64,000 nt of DNA. Origin: Klebsiella phage N1M2. Below are positions 37,136-46,059 of this stretch, piece by piece (the first letter of the stretch is position 1; each line of letters begins with the position of its first letter). A program made the translations under genes and the position numbers. Below the pieces are notes generated by a model. The model was not told where the DNA came from, did no database searches, and was given only the letters and a program-made list of their open reading frames with translations. The stretch lies in sequence record MN642089.1; one strand, 5' to 3'.

Positions 37136-38605
37136 ATGCTGACTGCATTTAACTTCTTGAAAGACTACGGCGCTGAATCCAACCTTCAAATTGGTTTGAA
37201 CGTCTCTCCTATCTTTGACCTTCTGACCACCACTATGATCAAAGGTAAAGATGGGGTTTGGTACATGAACGGCGGTCTGATGCCGATCAACGGTTTGGCA
37301 GGTGGTAACAACACCCAGAAAACCGGTAAGACTGTAAAGGACGTTGCTAAGTTACTCCATCGTTTCCAACACTCCATTATTCTGTATGGTGATACTGAAT
37401 CTACACTTGACGTTTCTCGTCTGGCTGAAGAAGTCGATCGCCTGTTTGGTATTCCTGGGTACTTCGAAGAAAATATCGAAGATGTCCGTTTCCACTACAT
37501 GCCTAACTCTGCTGGTATTGATGGGACCGAACTGCACAATAAAGTAATTGAAATCTATAAGACTATTACTGCATTGTCAGAATCCAAAGATAAAGAAGAA
37601 CAGGCCGCGTATAAGTCTCTGTTCCTGGATACTCCATTCTGGTCACAGAAAGCTAATAAGCACGTTCAGGTTATGCAACCTATCCTGTTCATTTGTGACT
37701 CTATCTCTGAAGTTCTGTTTGATAACTTGATGTTCAAACAGTTCGATGAAGGTGAGATGGATGAAGGTGGTAAAAAGCGTACTCGTGATATGGAGATCGG
37801 TAACCTGCGTCGTATCCTGATGACAGATACCTGTATCCTTGGTCCGCGTGTTGGTCTGCGTTCTTACTGGATCGCTCAGTCTGCTGATGTTATCAACATG
37901 GATGGTAAGCCAAAAGAGAAAGACTCTACCTTCCTGCGTCATAACAAAAAGCTGGCTGCTCCTAAAGCAATGCTTAAGTTACCGCACATCGGTATTGAGA
38001 TCATCAAAGGTCAGGTTCTTAAACAACCAGATCACTCTGTGACTTATCCTCGTGGTAAAGATTCTACTATCTCTTCCAATGCTAAGTCTAACCCAGAACT
38101 GGTTCAGTATTACACCACGGTCTTCCGTAACAAATCTGGTAGCTCCGGTGGTGATATTAGCTTCGTTGCTGGTCAGGCAGAAGGTATCCTTGAATACCTG
38201 TCAATGTATGATGCATTGAAAGATAACAAATACTTTGGTTTGGAAGGTTCGGCTATTCGTCATAGCTGTGCTCTTATGCCAGAAGTAAGCATTATGCGTA
38301 CGACAGTTCGTGAACTCCTGGAAGGCCCAGAAGCTAATCACAAACTGCAACGTGCAATTGAGCTGTGCTATCACATCTGGCACATGCAGACTTTCTGGGA
38401 TAACTTCCCTGAAGAATGGCGTCTTACTCCATCTGAGATCTATGCTAAAGGCAAAGAACAAGGATTGGATTGGGATGATGTTCTTGAAAATACCATCTAC
38501 TACTGGCACGATAACCCAGAGATCAAGAAACATACATTAACCGTTTACGAACTGATGGAAATCATCGTGAATGGTAAGAAACCATATTGGAAGGAAAAGA
38601 AATAA
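37136..38605 (+). CDS. hypothetical protein (489 aa)
   Basis: ORF. Confidence 0.55.
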   Translation: MLTAFNFLKDYGAESNLQIGLNVSPIFDLLTTTMIKGKDGVWYMNGGLMPINGLAGGNNTQKTGKTVKDVAKLLHRFQHSIILYGDTESTLDVSRLAEEVDRLFGIPGYFEENIEDVRFHYMPNSAGIDGTELHNKVIEIYKTITALSESKDKEEQAAYKSLFLDTPFWSQKANKHVQVMQPILFICDSISEVLFDNLMFKQFDEGEMDEGGKKRTRDMEIGNLRRILMTDTCILGPRVGLRSYWIAQSADVINMDGKPKEKDSTFLRHNKKLAAPKAMLKLPHIGIEIIKGQVLKQPDHSVTYPRGKDSTISSNAKSNPELVQYYTTVFRNKSGSSGGDISFVAGQAEGILEYLSMYDALKDNKYFGLEGSAIRHSCALMPEVSIMRTTVRELLEGPEANHKLQRAIELCYHIWHMQTFWDNFPEEWRLTPSEIYAKGKEQGLDWDDVLENTIYYWHDNPEIKKHTLTVYELMEIIVNGKKPYWKEKK

Positions 38606-38606
38606 A

Positions 38607-38969
38607 ATGAATGACTTTAGCTACGACTATTCGGTACTTGTAATCGCAGAACCTGACTTCCTCAACAAAGGCAAGGATTGCGAAGCATATCGAGAGAAGT
38701 TAATGAACTTCTTAGAGAAGCGAGCTGGGGAGAGTACGCTGCGCGCAATCAGTATCACTGGTAGCTACGGTCTCCCCATGGAAACTCAGATTGAAGTCGA
38801 TAGTCGGAACAAGACTTCTTTCGTTAAATCGCTTGATGATCAACTGCTTCAATTTAATGAGATCGTGATAATCACGAACTTTGAGAATGATAGCTACATT
38901 GATGCATTGAGTATCCGTGCTGCTGAACTCTCAAAAACCTTAACTATCTATGGTTACGAGACTAAGTGA
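38607..38969 (+). CDS. hypothetical protein
   Basis: ATG 38607 with GGAAGGA SD directly after upstream stop. Confidence 0.45.
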   Translation: MNDFSYDYSVLVIAEPDFLNKGKDCEAYREKLMNFLEKRAGESTLRAISITGSYGLPMETQIEVDSRNKTSFVKSLDDQLLQFNEIVIITNFENDSYIDALSIRAAELSKTLTIYGYETK

Positions 38970-39646
38970 TGAAAAACCGGAAAGAGATAGAAAGTGATAT
39001 TCTTGCATTAGCTAAGAAGTTCACTCTTGGTGGTGGAAACCACCAACTCTATTCCGAACTGTTTGGGCGTCTTGATGACGCCCAGTTTGCTAAGTTCTGG
39101 AATAGCATTTGCGATAACAAGTTTATTCCGATGTTTGTTGACAACTACAATGTGAAAGAAGGCATTAACTACGATCACATGGTTAAGGTTGCTGCGGAAT
39201 ACAACATCCCGTTGGAACAACAGTTGGTTATCACTGACCCAGATACTGGTTTGACTTTCACCACACCAGAAACTGCGTTGGTTGGTTTTGCTGAAGCACG
39301 TAAGCAACGTCAGTTACAAGCTAAGAAGTTTGGCGCATCTAAGCACGACTATGAAACTGAAGACTTGACTGGTCAACCTACTGGCGATTCAAAAGCTGGC
39401 GGTATCTCTAACCCAGAGATTCAGGTTCTTCTTTCTTTAGGTCTTCCTACTTTAGCTAAAGAGTTGGCAGACGTTCGTGGTGGTGATGCTGGCGCTTATC
39501 GTGCATATAAGAATGACATCCTGACCTCTGGCCAGGCAACTACTGAATCTGCGTTGACACGTGGTACCGGTGTTAAGTCACTTCAAACAGCACACTACCT
39601 TCTGTTAGGCCAGCACATTGATAACAACCTGAATTCGAGAGACTAA
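38966..39646 (+). CDS. hypothetical protein
   Basis: ORF, TGATG overlap. Confidence 0.5.
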   Translation: MMKNRKEIESDILALAKKFTLGGGNHQLYSELFGRLDDAQFAKFWNSICDNKFIPMFVDNYNVKEGINYDHMVKVAAEYNIPLEQQLVITDPDTGLTFTTPETALVGFAEARKQRQLQAKKFGASKHDYETEDLTGQPTGDSKAGGISNPEIQVLLSLGLPTLAKELADVRGGDAGAYRAYKNDILTSGQATTESALTRGTGVKSLQTAHYLLLGQHIDNNLNSRD

Positions 39647-40122
39647 TGGAACAGCAAATTAGTTACGATCCGATTGTTCAGTTGATCAGTTATGTAGCTG
39701 AAGAGTTACATCAGGAAATCGTTATTAACCAGGATAGTTCTGAGTTCTGGAAAAAGGCTCAGGATTATATCTTTGACAATAGCGTAGCTTCTGTACGTGA
39801 AGGCATAAACAACTTATCTGAAGGTATCGGTGAATCACCAGACCTTTATAGTTATCTTAGTAGTTTGGTCTTCAGGACTTTCTCCCAACCTTTCACAGCT
39901 CCTGCCCTTGAAAGTTTCTCAAAAGGGTTTGATATGGTAGCTGGCGATGCTTTCTTCCGTGATGGCTTTGGTTTCAAAGCTAGTGAGATGACCAAGGTAG
40001 AACAACTACTATTGTTCATTACCGTTCATCGTAATCACATTCAGCTTGCCTTTATGGAAGCAGAAGAGGAAGCAGAGAAACAGCGTATTGAAGAAGCTCT
40101 ACGGCAAAGAAAAAGGCAATAA
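39646..40122 (+). CDS. hypothetical protein
   Basis: ORF, TAATG overlap. Confidence 0.5.
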   Translation: MEQQISYDPIVQLISYVAEELHQEIVINQDSSEFWKKAQDYIFDNSVASVREGINNLSEGIGESPDLYSYLSSLVFRTFSQPFTAPALESFSKGFDMVAGDAFFRDGFGFKASEMTKVEQLLLFITVHRNHIQLAFMEAEEEAEKQRIEEALRQRKRQ

Positions 40123-40128
40123 CCGACG

Positions 40129-40857
40129 ATGAACATTGAAGTCTATACCGAAATGGATTCGTTGTTTGACGCTCGCCGTGGCATCATTATTAAATGTGCT
40201 TTGGAATCTGGCAATAAACGTTTCGACTGGAACAGGAACTTTAAAGAGATCTATGCTCGACGTCGATTCGATTACTTTCATCAACCTGAATTAGGTATTA
40301 CTGATGAAGGGTTTAAAGCCCGGTATGCTCAGCGGTCCATAGCTGACTTTGCTGATGAAACACAAGCATACATCATTCCAAGTAATCTCATATACAACAT
40401 CTTTAAGATAGTACGTGAGATTGAGTTCGGTGTAGGTCAGATCATCTCAGTGTCTAAGTTTAACTTAACGGTTAATCTGTATCCTTATGTATTGACTCAA
40501 GATCTGACTGACGAACTAGCATCTGTAATCCGTGGAGCGGTTCCGTTTAACATTGGTCTATCCTTTGTAAACATACCGTATGAAAATTTAACTCCTGCGG
40601 TTTTACACGCTTATCAGTATTGCTTCATTTATGACTTCCTGACTGGTGAACATCGTAAAGCATATTGGGAAAATTATGTCCCAGCTGCAAATACGAATAC
40701 CAAGTTCATAGTTCCAGATGTAATACTGAATAAGGAACTTCCAGAAGAAATGAGAAGCGAAAAGCCTATCGATCTAATTGGAAAAATGAATGCTACTCAA
40801 GGTGGTAAAATAACCTGGGTCCCATACTCAAAAACCATATTCGATTATAAAGAATAA
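40129..40857 (+). CDS. hypothetical protein
   Basis: ORF. Confidence 0.5.
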   Translation: MNIEVYTEMDSLFDARRGIIIKCALESGNKRFDWNRNFKEIYARRRFDYFHQPELGITDEGFKARYAQRSIADFADETQAYIIPSNLIYNIFKIVREIEFGVGQIISVSKFNLTVNLYPYVLTQDLTDELASVIRGAVPFNIGLSFVNIPYENLTPAVLHAYQYCFIYDFLTGEHRKAYWENYVPAANTNTKFIVPDVILNKELPEEMRSEKPIDLIGKMNATQGGKITWVPYSKTIFDYKE

Positions 40858-40863
40858 GGTCAC

Positions 40864-40890
40864 CCTAGGAGCCCCGCAAGGGCTCCTAGG
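40864..40890. terminator. hairpin CCTAGGAGCCC-cgcaa-GGGCTCCTAGG between convergent genes
   Basis: 11-bp perfect stem. Confidence 0.65.
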
Positions 40891-40905
40891 AGTGTTTGTT
40901 GTCTA

Positions 40906-41508
40906 TTAAGATTCTGGATCGAATTCTTCATCGTCATCTTCAGGAGCTTCGGTTGTATTTACCGTTACTTCCATATCGTCGTCGTCAAAGGTAGATTCAA
41001 TCTCCTTAGCGTTAACGATCTGACGACCTTGGTACAGTTCGTCTTCTTTGATCTCGTCATCTGGATCTTCTATACGGATAATAGGAGCCAATGGATCAAG
41101 TACGAATGCCTGATTACCATAAGTTGGAATCACAAGCTTGCCTGCAGCTACTTCATTAAGAGCGTTAACGAAGGTTGCAAAGTTAGCTCGGTTGTCTTCC
41201 AATTCTCTGTCCTTGAGTCTCTCTTTGCGATCGTCACGAACGGTCTTCTCAAGTTGAGCAAGAATGGTATTGATGGAATCCAACAGTTTAGGGTTGTTAG
41301 GTTTATTAATAAAAGTCTGAGTAGCGATATCTAACAACAGGGTACGTTGCTTCTGAATAATACCAACTAACTCATTCTCAGCTTCTTTGCTCTGAGGACC
41401 TTTAAGAACCTTATTGATTTCAGCAATCAAAGCGTCCTTATCGGTTACGGTTTTCAATTTCTCATCAGACGGCGGGGCCGGATGAATTTCATCATCATGG
41501 TCAAACAT
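40906..41508 (-). CDS. hypothetical acidic protein
   Basis: ORF with GGAG SD; Asp/Glu-rich termini. Confidence 0.5.
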   Translation of the reverse strand: MFDHDDEIHPAPPSDEKLKTVTDKDALIAEINKVLKGPQSKEAENELVGIIQKQRTLLLDIATQTFINKPNNPKLLDSINTILAQLEKTVRDDRKERLKDRELEDNRANFATFVNALNEVAAGKLVIPTYGNQAFVLDPLAPIIRIEDPDDEIKEDELYQGRQIVNAKEIESTFDDDDMEVTVNTTEAPEDDDEEFDPES

Positions 41509-41540
41509 AATTACTCCATATTCTTTAGCGACTATTATAT

Positions 41541-41570
41541 TTCAAACAAATATTATCAAAGTAGATACGG
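41541..41570 (+). promoter_or_regulatory. promoter-like motif copy (TTCAAACAAATATTATCAAAGTAGATACGG) with TATAG box at ~41595
   Basis: family consensus. Confidence 0.5.
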
Positions 41571-41617
41571 TGGAAATCTAATTTAATAATATACGTTATA
41601 GTCTTGAGGTAAATAAG

Positions 41618-42169
41618 ATGTTCTTTGAAAAGCTATTAAACAAGATTCCTTTCTTCCGTAATCGTCGCATCAAGAAGATTAAGGAGGATCTCGCTGAGAT
41701 TAAACATGACTTCACTGAGGGTCATTTTAATGAGCAATTTATCAGTGGTCTTCACAATATCCTAAATAGTTCCTTAATCGACTTCTCAGACGATTTAGTG
41801 GCGACTTCATTAAATGATATTACGACGTATTCAAAAACGTCTATATCGGCTCTGAAGCTCGCAGAAAAACCGATTATATCGAAAGCAACTCTTGGACTTT
41901 CCCCGTTGTTAAGCATGTCAAGAACAACCGGGTATTTCTCAGAGTGGTATTCTAACGAAGACTCTTTGTTAGAATTTATTAGCGTGATGAAACTGTATTT
42001 GCAAGCCCACACTTGGCAAATTGCAAACCCTGACTACCAGAATCAGGAGAAGGTTTCTGAACTTATTAATAGCATGAATCCTGAGTTTTTGGACTCACTA
42101 TTATATAGACTATTATTAGAAGATCTGGTCAGTATAATAACATTCTACGTAGAGAGCAAATATGATTGA
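41618..42169 (+). CDS. hypothetical protein
   Basis: ORF. Confidence 0.5.
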   Translation: MFFEKLLNKIPFFRNRRIKKIKEDLAEIKHDFTEGHFNEQFISGLHNILNSSLIDFSDDLVATSLNDITTYSKTSISALKLAEKPIISKATLGLSPLLSMSRTTGYFSEWYSNEDSLLEFISVMKLYLQAHTWQIANPDYQNQEKVSELINSMNPEFLDSLLYRLLLEDLVSIITFYVESKYD

Positions 42170-42572
42170 GAAGAATAAGGGCCTGTCGTTCAGCAAGAAT
42201 AAGAACTTTGTTCCTGCTGAACAGTTAACGGATGTACCAAGCCGTCTTTTCAGAAAGATCGTGGATGTACTGAACATTAACAATGCAAAGTGGAAAACGT
42301 ATTTAGATGATTACTTACGTTGGCAGCACCCTGACGATTCCGGTCCGGCAGCTGAAGTTAAACGTCAGCGCTCGACCGCCTTGGGGAATTTGCAAAGTAC
42401 CTTGTTTTACTCCAAGAACTTAACTTGGAACAAATTGTTGGTAGCTCTAAAGATCTGTCGAGTTACGAAGATCCGTGTGATCTTTGAAATAGAAACAGAA
42501 TCTGGTGAGCAACACACCATCACTGAAACTACAGTTCTTCGTAAATCACCAAAGGGCACTGTAGACGAATAA
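42162..42572 (+). CDS. hypothetical protein
   Basis: ORF. Confidence 0.5.
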   Translation: MIEKNKGLSFSKNKNFVPAEQLTDVPSRLFRKIVDVLNINNAKWKTYLDDYLRWQHPDDSGPAAEVKRQRSTALGNLQSTLFYSKNLTWNKLLVALKICRVTKIRVIFEIETESGEQHTITETTVLRKSPKGTVDE

Positions 42573-42578
42573 CGGATG

Positions 42579-42604
42579 TGTTACCTTACCTTCGGGTAAG
42601 GTAA
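42579..42604 (+). terminator. hairpin GTTACCTTACC-TTCG-GGTAAGGTAAC followed by T-rich tract
   Basis: 11-bp perfect stem; shares CCTTACC/GGTAAGG core with repeat family. Confidence 0.65.
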
Positions 42605-42641
42605 CCTCTTTTAAATAATTTATTTTTTTTTAGGATTAATT

Positions 42642-43757
42642 ATGTCAACTTTAGTTCAAAGAGCAAGTTTGTTTGAAGGGGTAGACCTAAATAACAAACT
42701 ACAAGAAGCTAGCCGTTCAATGACAGAAACGGTATCTGGTTTAACTAACCAATTAGTCAATCCATTTAAAGTAGTCACTGAAGCTACTGAATCCGGTGTT
42801 GCGTTAATTAGTGAGAAACAGTCGCAGATTGCTTCTAATATTAGTGCTTATAAATCTCAGGCTCTAACCGGCATCAACAATGCTATCAAAGGTCTTACCG
42901 GTGGATTGTTAAATATCGGTGACATCGGTAGTATCGTTACCTATCAAGATGGGTTTAAAGTTAATACTGATGAGTTACTACGTTTAGGTAGTAAAGGTCT
43001 TGGCTTTAACATCAACTCCATGCGTGATTTGAAACAGCAAATCGGTAATGGGTTTATTGATGAACTTGATAAAATGACCGGTGGGTTGGCTTCTGGTTTA
43101 TTTTACGCTGATGGAACCAAGTTACACATTGCTGATGGTTGGGAAATGAATATGGGGATGTCTCTCATTGACTTCCTCGGAAAAGACGACCCTGATGGAT
43201 TTGGGACCATTGTTAACGTAGCAGCCATGAATAGCATCCTTAATACGATGCTTGATAAAACCATTGGGTATGGAATGTGGCAAGGTTATGGTAATTACGG
43301 AAACATGTATCTGTTCCAATCCGATTACCATGACCAACTTATCGATTCATTAGGTTTGGCAATCGGGCGTGGTGATTGTAAATCTATTCAAGTCATCTTT
43401 GATATCATCAAACAAGAAGGTATCAATAAAGTTAAAGCTAAGTATCCTGAATTGATTGAACAGATGCTTTCTAACTTTACATTTAGCTCTGACGAAGATG
43501 CTAGTAATTATCAAGAGATCAAAGTCCTGTTACTTCAAGTTATCGAAACTGTAGGCGGTAAAGACTGGTACCAGTATCCGACTTCATTTGGTCCAGCAAC
43601 CAACTTAGCTTTAGTTAACTTTATTTCTGATGACGCCAAACTTCTATTAGGTGAAGAAACTAATTTGGTTCCTTTATTATGTTCATCCGGAATCTTCATT
43701 GATCAATCAGCTCCTGATGTCTTCATGCAAGATTTCCCTAAAGCAGTTAAATTCTAA
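42642..43757 (+). CDS. hypothetical protein (371 aa)
   Basis: ORF. Confidence 0.5.
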   Translation: MSTLVQRASLFEGVDLNNKLQEASRSMTETVSGLTNQLVNPFKVVTEATESGVALISEKQSQIASNISAYKSQALTGINNAIKGLTGGLLNIGDIGSIVTYQDGFKVNTDELLRLGSKGLGFNINSMRDLKQQIGNGFIDELDKMTGGLASGLFYADGTKLHIADGWEMNMGMSLIDFLGKDDPDGFGTIVNVAAMNSILNTMLDKTIGYGMWQGYGNYGNMYLFQSDYHDQLIDSLGLAIGRGDCKSIQVIFDIIKQEGINKVKAKYPELIEQMLSNFTFSSDEDASNYQEIKVLLLQVIETVGGKDWYQYPTSFGPATNLALVNFISDDAKLLLGEETNLVPLLCSSGIFIDQSAPDVFMQDFPKAVKF

Positions 43758-43762
43758 ACAAG

Positions 43763-43804
43763 CATAACCCTTACCCCTCCTCACGGAGTGGGTAAGGGAA
43801 TATG
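43763..43804. repeat. member of conserved hairpin family (CATAACCCTTACCCCTCC-tcac-GGAGTGGGTAAGGGAATATG)
   Basis: between convergent genes. Confidence 0.6.
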
Positions 43805-43815
43805 TATTATTTTTT

Positions 43816-46020
43816 TTATCTGTTCAGAGGTCTACCGGTAAAGATACGTGCAATATCACCAACAATACTATCGTTAACAACGCCAGCGATAGTTGCAGGT
43901 TTGAACATGTTCTCAGCATCTGTAGCAAGACGAGTCATACGACGGTTTAAGTCATTATAACGAAGAACAGTGTCCAAGTAATCAACACCAGCAACACGGT
44001 TAACCCAGTCATTGTATTTACCAATGTCTCCCAGATAACGGGCAGAGACACCAGCAACGTTTAACAACGCCAGAGGATTTGTAACACGTGCAATAGGAAC
44101 ACTCATGACTTTATCCAAGTCAGCGATAGTGAGATCAACACGGACGTTACGTGGCTTCATATCGGTAGTCCAACCTAATGGACCATTACCAAATGTGAAG
44201 GAAGCGTTCTGAACAATTCCTGTACGAATAATAGATCTACCACGACTGAAACACTTAACCAAGAAAGGAGAAGTATAAGTCGAACCACCTGTTGAGAAAG
44301 GAACAACGAATGGCATGATCAGAGCTAATGGTAAAAACACATTAGTCGCAATGGAGTATGGGTGTGCGTATGGCGCTTCAAAGTAGAAACTGAATTGTTC
44401 ACTATGAAGATTGGTATCAGAATCAGACCAGTGCTCAGGGATATCTACTTTTGCGTTACCCAACAGAGCAAGAGGTACGTTACCAATGACAGACCCAGCG
44501 GCCAGGCCAGCGGCAGCATCCTTGATCCCACCAACAAAGCTATCGATAATGTCGACACCTGTATTACCTCCAGCAATGTTAAACTTAAAGTCCTGAACTG
44601 CTTGGACAGTGTTGTTGAAAGTGGAAGCTATGGCAGATTGCGTTGTTTGGTTACTGAAAGTATCACTAACTGTCCCGATTCCTTCAGTACGGAATGTAAC
44701 CCCATCCATACCGCCGTAGAACCCATCCATAAGCAGTTGACCGATCTGACCAAGCCAACTGGACTCATCCAAGTCAGGTGCATCAGAAATCGATTGTGGG
44801 ACGGTTCCTTGCATATCAGGTCCAGTGGTTCCACTTTCGCCATTAGTGACACCAAATGAACTCATCCCTTCTGTTTGGACTTGTGCTCTTAACTTATCGA
44901 TATAAGAACCTTCAGTCCCAACACCTGCAGCAGCAGTTGCTGTAGCATCGGTAGGTTTGATGTTCACGCCTGCCTGAACACTGGTATATGCAGAAGCTAC
45001 TTCAGGATAGGATATCTCATCAACACCACGGTCCTTAGCAACAGTCTTGAGTTCTTCCATTAGGTATTGACTTGTTGTCATCCCACTTGTGTATCCACCA
45101 TTGGCGTTTACAAATGAGGAGTCCTTCATCAAGTCATTAAGGATATCTTCAATAGCCGAGTCTTTCTGTTCAACACTACGAATAGCAATGTTGTTATCCA
45201 GGTCCTTCACCTTCTTCATAAAGTAACGGAACTTACGAACACCACGAGTTGAAACTTTAAGGATATCGATTGTTCCATCTTTATTGATAGCGTCAGGGAA
45301 GAGACTATTCAGATAAGATGCGTTGTTTCTAGCAGCTGTTGAATCCTTGATATACCCTTTCTCTCCACCACCATTAAAGTCACGGTCACCTTTCTTAGTG
45401 TTACCTTGATCTTGGCGATCGTTAGGAAGAACAGTTAAAGCATAACCTGCTGCAATCATCAAGTCATTAAAGATACCTTGAGCTGCAGTGAAGTACATGC
45501 CCTGAGCTGGCTTACAATAATACCATTTGTTCTTTGGTGTGTTCGTTAAGAACTCAAAGAAGTTAAATGATGTTGCGATGATCTGAGCTGGCCAGAATGC
45601 AATAGCGCCCGCAGCTTGTCCAATATAGAAAGCCCAGGTTGGAGCACGACCTTTGTTAGCCATGATTGCTGCTGAATAATCAAACATGTTCAGAATGAAA
45701 GTAATCATACCTGTAAATTCAGCGACACCTGCAGTGAGTGTTACTGATAAGGCATTGTCATTATGAATACGTTTGTAATAACGCCCTTGGTTACCTAAAC
45801 GGTTTTCCATTAGAGGTTTAGGATGAGGATCGGTATTTAAACCGAACCCAGGCAATGGGTTAATAAATTTATTATCACCAATTGCTGTAGAAAAGAAGCT
45901 AGTGTAGAGATCATAGTCAGACCTGATTAATACCTTCTCAGGATCTTTGATCCCGTCGCTCATAATACGAAATGAACGACTAACTATGTTTGCGTCCTTA
46001 TAAGGAACTGATACGCTCAT
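43816..46020 (-). CDS. hypothetical protein (734 aa), possibly virion component co-transcribed with giant PG hydrolase gene
   Basis: ORF immediately downstream of giant gene. Confidence 0.55.
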   Translation of the reverse strand: MSVSVPYKDANIVSRSFRIMSDGIKDPEKVLIRSDYDLYTSFFSTAIGDNKFINPLPGFGLNTDPHPKPLMENRLGNQGRYYKRIHNDNALSVTLTAGVAEFTGMITFILNMFDYSAAIMANKGRAPTWAFYIGQAAGAIAFWPAQIIATSFNFFEFLTNTPKNKWYYCKPAQGMYFTAAQGIFNDLMIAAGYALTVLPNDRQDQGNTKKGDRDFNGGGEKGYIKDSTAARNNASYLNSLFPDAINKDGTIDILKVSTRGVRKFRYFMKKVKDLDNNIAIRSVEQKDSAIEDILNDLMKDSSFVNANGGYTSGMTTSQYLMEELKTVAKDRGVDEISYPEVASAYTSVQAGVNIKPTDATATAAAGVGTEGSYIDKLRAQVQTEGMSSFGVTNGESGTTGPDMQGTVPQSISDAPDLDESSWLGQIGQLLMDGFYGGMDGVTFRTEGIGTVSDTFSNQTTQSAIASTFNNTVQAVQDFKFNIAGGNTGVDIIDSFVGGIKDAAAGLAAGSVIGNVPLALLGNAKVDIPEHWSDSDTNLHSEQFSFYFEAPYAHPYSIATNVFLPLALIMPFVVPFSTGGSTYTSPFLVKCFSRGRSIIRTGIVQNASFTFGNGPLGWTTDMKPRNVRVDLTIADLDKVMSVPIARVTNPLALLNVAGVSARYLGDIGKYNDWVNRVAGVDYLDTVLRYNDLNRRMTRLATDAENMFKPATIAGVVNDSIVGDIARIFTGRPLNR

Positions 46021-46059
46021 GTTTACCTCTAAAAGTAAGGGGACCGAAGTCCCCTCATC

